A stretch of DNA of 64,000 bases, from positions 1,961-65,960 of the forward strand of contig JAYZVL010000041.1 of assembly GCA_036155675.1 (NCBI GenBank). Direction: 5' to 3'. This document shows, piece after piece, positions 62,077-64,000 of the stretch. A program made the position numbers and the translations under genes. Each line of letters starts with the position of its first letter. Positions within the stretch are counted from its first letter, which is position 1. A model generated the notes under the pieces. It saw nothing but the letters and a program-made list of their open reading frames with translations, did not search any database and was not told the DNA's origin. Source of the DNA: Pseudomonadota bacterium. GTDB taxonomy: Bacteria; Pseudomonadota; Gammaproteobacteria; Steroidobacterales; GCA-2729495.

Positions 62077-62916
62077 ATGCAAAGACCTTTAACTACCTGT
62101 ATTCTATTTATTTTTTCTACTTTTATATTCAGTGCTTTTTCATTTGCTCAGGAGAAATTTACTTTTGATCAATTGCGAGACTCGGATTATATGAAAGGTA
62201 AGCAAATATTTCAGGGTCGCTGCAGTGCTTGCCATACTTTAGCTGATAATAGTAGCGATCTTACAGGGCCAAATTTATGGGGAATATTTGATCGCTGGGC
62301 TGGAAAGAAAGAAGGATTTGTTTATTCAGATTCATTTTCAAACACCAATCTTAAGTGGTCCCCTGACAAAGTAAGTGATTTTTTGTCTGATCCCATTGGC
62401 TATATTCCTGGAAATATAATGGGCGTTCCTGAGCCTGTTCCTTTAATGGATCATGCGAATCTTATAGCCTTTATGTTGATTGAAACTGGCGCGGTAGATT
62501 GGCCAAGACCCGAAACCAATTTTGCAGCTAATCAGGAAGATAAATCAAGGCCTCCATCTGAACGGTTTCCCAGTTTCTGGAATCATTTGATGTTCAATGC
62601 GACACGTTATCATTGGATCAATGAAGAAGCAGGCGAGGATTTTCGTTTTGATGTCTACGTCAAAACTGATGGCTCAATTGCTTCCAGTGAAAAGTCAATC
62701 AATGGTTTTTGGTATATAGATAAACGCGATTTTTTTTGTTACGCACTTACTGGATTACCTGTAAGTGTTGGGCATATGGTTGAGTGTTTTCCTGTGGGGG
62801 CAATGGCGATCCCACGTTTTGCTGATCGCCTTTGGACCTCAAAACCACAACCAGGAGTGAAATTGCATGGCGGAATGATACCCGGGAGGCCTGATTGGGT
62901 TTACGGTGAAAATTAA
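62077..62916 (+). CDS. secreted class I cytochrome c fused to a ~170-aa domain of unknown function
   Basis: Signal peptide (...FIFSAFSFAQE). Mitochondrial-type c domain GKQIFQGRCSACHT...GPNLWGIF...IPGNIMG. The C-terminal half has no motif I recognise. ATG at 62077 has AGGAAAA 6 nt upstream (separated by tcagtt); the track start 61975 overlaps the previous gene. Confidence 0.7.
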   Translation: MQRPLTTCILFIFSTFIFSAFSFAQEKFTFDQLRDSDYMKGKQIFQGRCSACHTLADNSSDLTGPNLWGIFDRWAGKKEGFVYSDSFSNTNLKWSPDKVSDFLSDPIGYIPGNIMGVPEPVPLMDHANLIAFMLIETGAVDWPRPETNFAANQEDKSRPPSERFPSFWNHLMFNATRYHWINEEAGEDFRFDVYVKTDGSIASSEKSINGFWYIDKRDFFCYALTGLPVSVGHMVECFPVGAMAIPRFADRLWTSKPQPGVKLHGGMIPGRPDWVYGEN

Positions 62917-63215
62917 TTCTATTTTGATCAATTAAAAAACTAGAATTTTTTATCCGAAAATTGCGCTATTAGATATAATCCGTGTAATAAAATTTCTTTT
63001 TTAGTAATTTCGATTTATTTACGACTGATTTGTTAATGATTATAATTTTTCTTATAAATCAGTATTATATATTCAATTTATGACTTTCTTTTTTTATAAA
63101 CGTATCTTTATTAAGGTGTGCTCAATAACGGTTTATGGCAAATTAGATGCCCTAGCTTCATTAATGCATCGAAGTTTTCTCAACTTAATTAAGATTTCTA
63201 ATTTAATGGAAAATA

Positions 63216-64000
63216 ATGGCAATACTGAATGATTTTCGCCTTCAGCTTGGAGATGATGAATATTTACCTATTGTTGTAGGTGGTATGGGGGTGGATATTT
63301 CAACTTCTACTCTTGCGTTAGAGGCCTGTAGATTAGGCGGAATTGGGCACATTTCAGACGCCATGACTCCATGGGTATCAGATCGAAAGTTTAAAACTCA
63401 TTTCACTAAAACTAAGTCAGGTCGTTATAAATTTAATCGAGATAATATGGATAAAACTCGAGTGAAATTTGATCTTGAAGAGCTTTATAACGCGACTTTA
63501 AAAGTGGTTAAAGCGGCAGTGGAGAAAAAGCAGGGTAATGGTGGTTTATTTATCAATGTCATGGAGAAGCTAACCATGGGCGCTGCAGCCGATACTTTAG
63601 GCACCCGCCTTAAAGCTGCGCTTGATGCAGGTATAGATGGAATAACTCTCTCTGCTGGTCTGCACTTGGGCACCATGAAATTGATTAAGGATCATCCGCG
63701 CTTTAGGGACGCTAAAATTGGAATTATTGTTTCAAGCGTTCGTGCACTAAAGATTTTTATTCGAGGCGCCAAAAAACTTGATCGTATGCCTGATTATGCC
63801 ATTGTTGAAGGGCCTTTAGCTGGAGGGCATTTAGGTTTTGGTGAAGATTGGGCTGAACACGATCTGAGTAATATTGTTCCGGATATTCTTGATTATATTA
63901 AGGGCGAGGGTTTGGACATTGCTGTTATACCAGCTGGTGGTGTTTTTACCGGTACGGATGCAACCGAATATATGGAGATGGGTTGCTCAGCTGTTCAAGT
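63216..64000 (+). CDS. nitronate monooxygenase / FMN-dependent NMO-family oxidoreductase (partial, runs off window end)
   Basis: Own translation: MAILNDFRLQLGDDEYLPIVVGGMGVDIS...GIDGITLSAGL...VEGPLAGGHLGF...IPAGGVFTG. TIM-barrel NMO/FabK-like motifs. No stop before 64000. Confidence 0.65.
   Translation, partial: MAILNDFRLQLGDDEYLPIVVGGMGVDISTSTLALEACRLGGIGHISDAMTPWVSDRKFKTHFTKTKSGRYKFNRDNMDKTRVKFDLEELYNATLKVVKAAVEKKQGNGGLFINVMEKLTMGAAADTLGTRLKAALDAGIDGITLSAGLHLGTMKLIKDHPRFRDAKIGIIVSSVRALKIFIRGAKKLDRMPDYAIVEGPLAGGHLGFGEDWAEHDLSNIVPDILDYIKGEGLDIAVIPAGGVFTGTDATEYMEMGCSAVQ

Noticed and set aside
63080-63244. 54-codon ORF (MTFFFYKRIFIKVCS...) in the AT-rich spacer, overlapping the NMO start
   Set aside because: It has no SD, its composition is AT-driven, and it overlaps the better-supported NMO start at 63216. 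Probably non-coding.

Overview
AT-rich (by eye) core-chromosome segment of a gammaproteobacterium. Gene order follows the conserved E. coli / Pseudomonas blocks: lptA-lptC-kdsC-kdsD-yrbG (minus strand), ibaG-murA, petABC (cytochrome bc1), sspAB, diaA-lpoA, rsmI, RNase P RNA, a complete dcw cluster (mraZ to ftsZ, with murB inside it), lpxC, secA-mutT, zapD-coaE-pilD-pilin, sucCD, nadE, bamD, rluD-pgeF, clpB, aspS, pncC-recA-recX-alaS-csrA-tRNA-Ser, then a few redox genes. Coding density is very high, with many ATGA/TAATG stop-start overlaps. I found no transposase, integrase, CRISPR array, toxin-antitoxin pair or defence-type genes, and no multi-gene system of unknown function. I regard this as an ordinary housekeeping region. 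The most unusual feature is a ~52-aa in-frame insertion in the preprotein-binding region of SecA. By eye it aligns at about 40% identity to the N-terminal domain of translation initiation factor IF3. Lesser observations: a cytochrome b C-terminal extension that repeats its last helix; a cytochrome c fused to an unassigned domain; loss of mlaFEDCB, pilBC, yraN and secM from their conserved positions; a DciA-like DUF721 gene with no in-frame ATG; a textbook MraZ operator; and a nested hairpin upstream of petA. All homology calls rest on motifs and recollection, not database searches.
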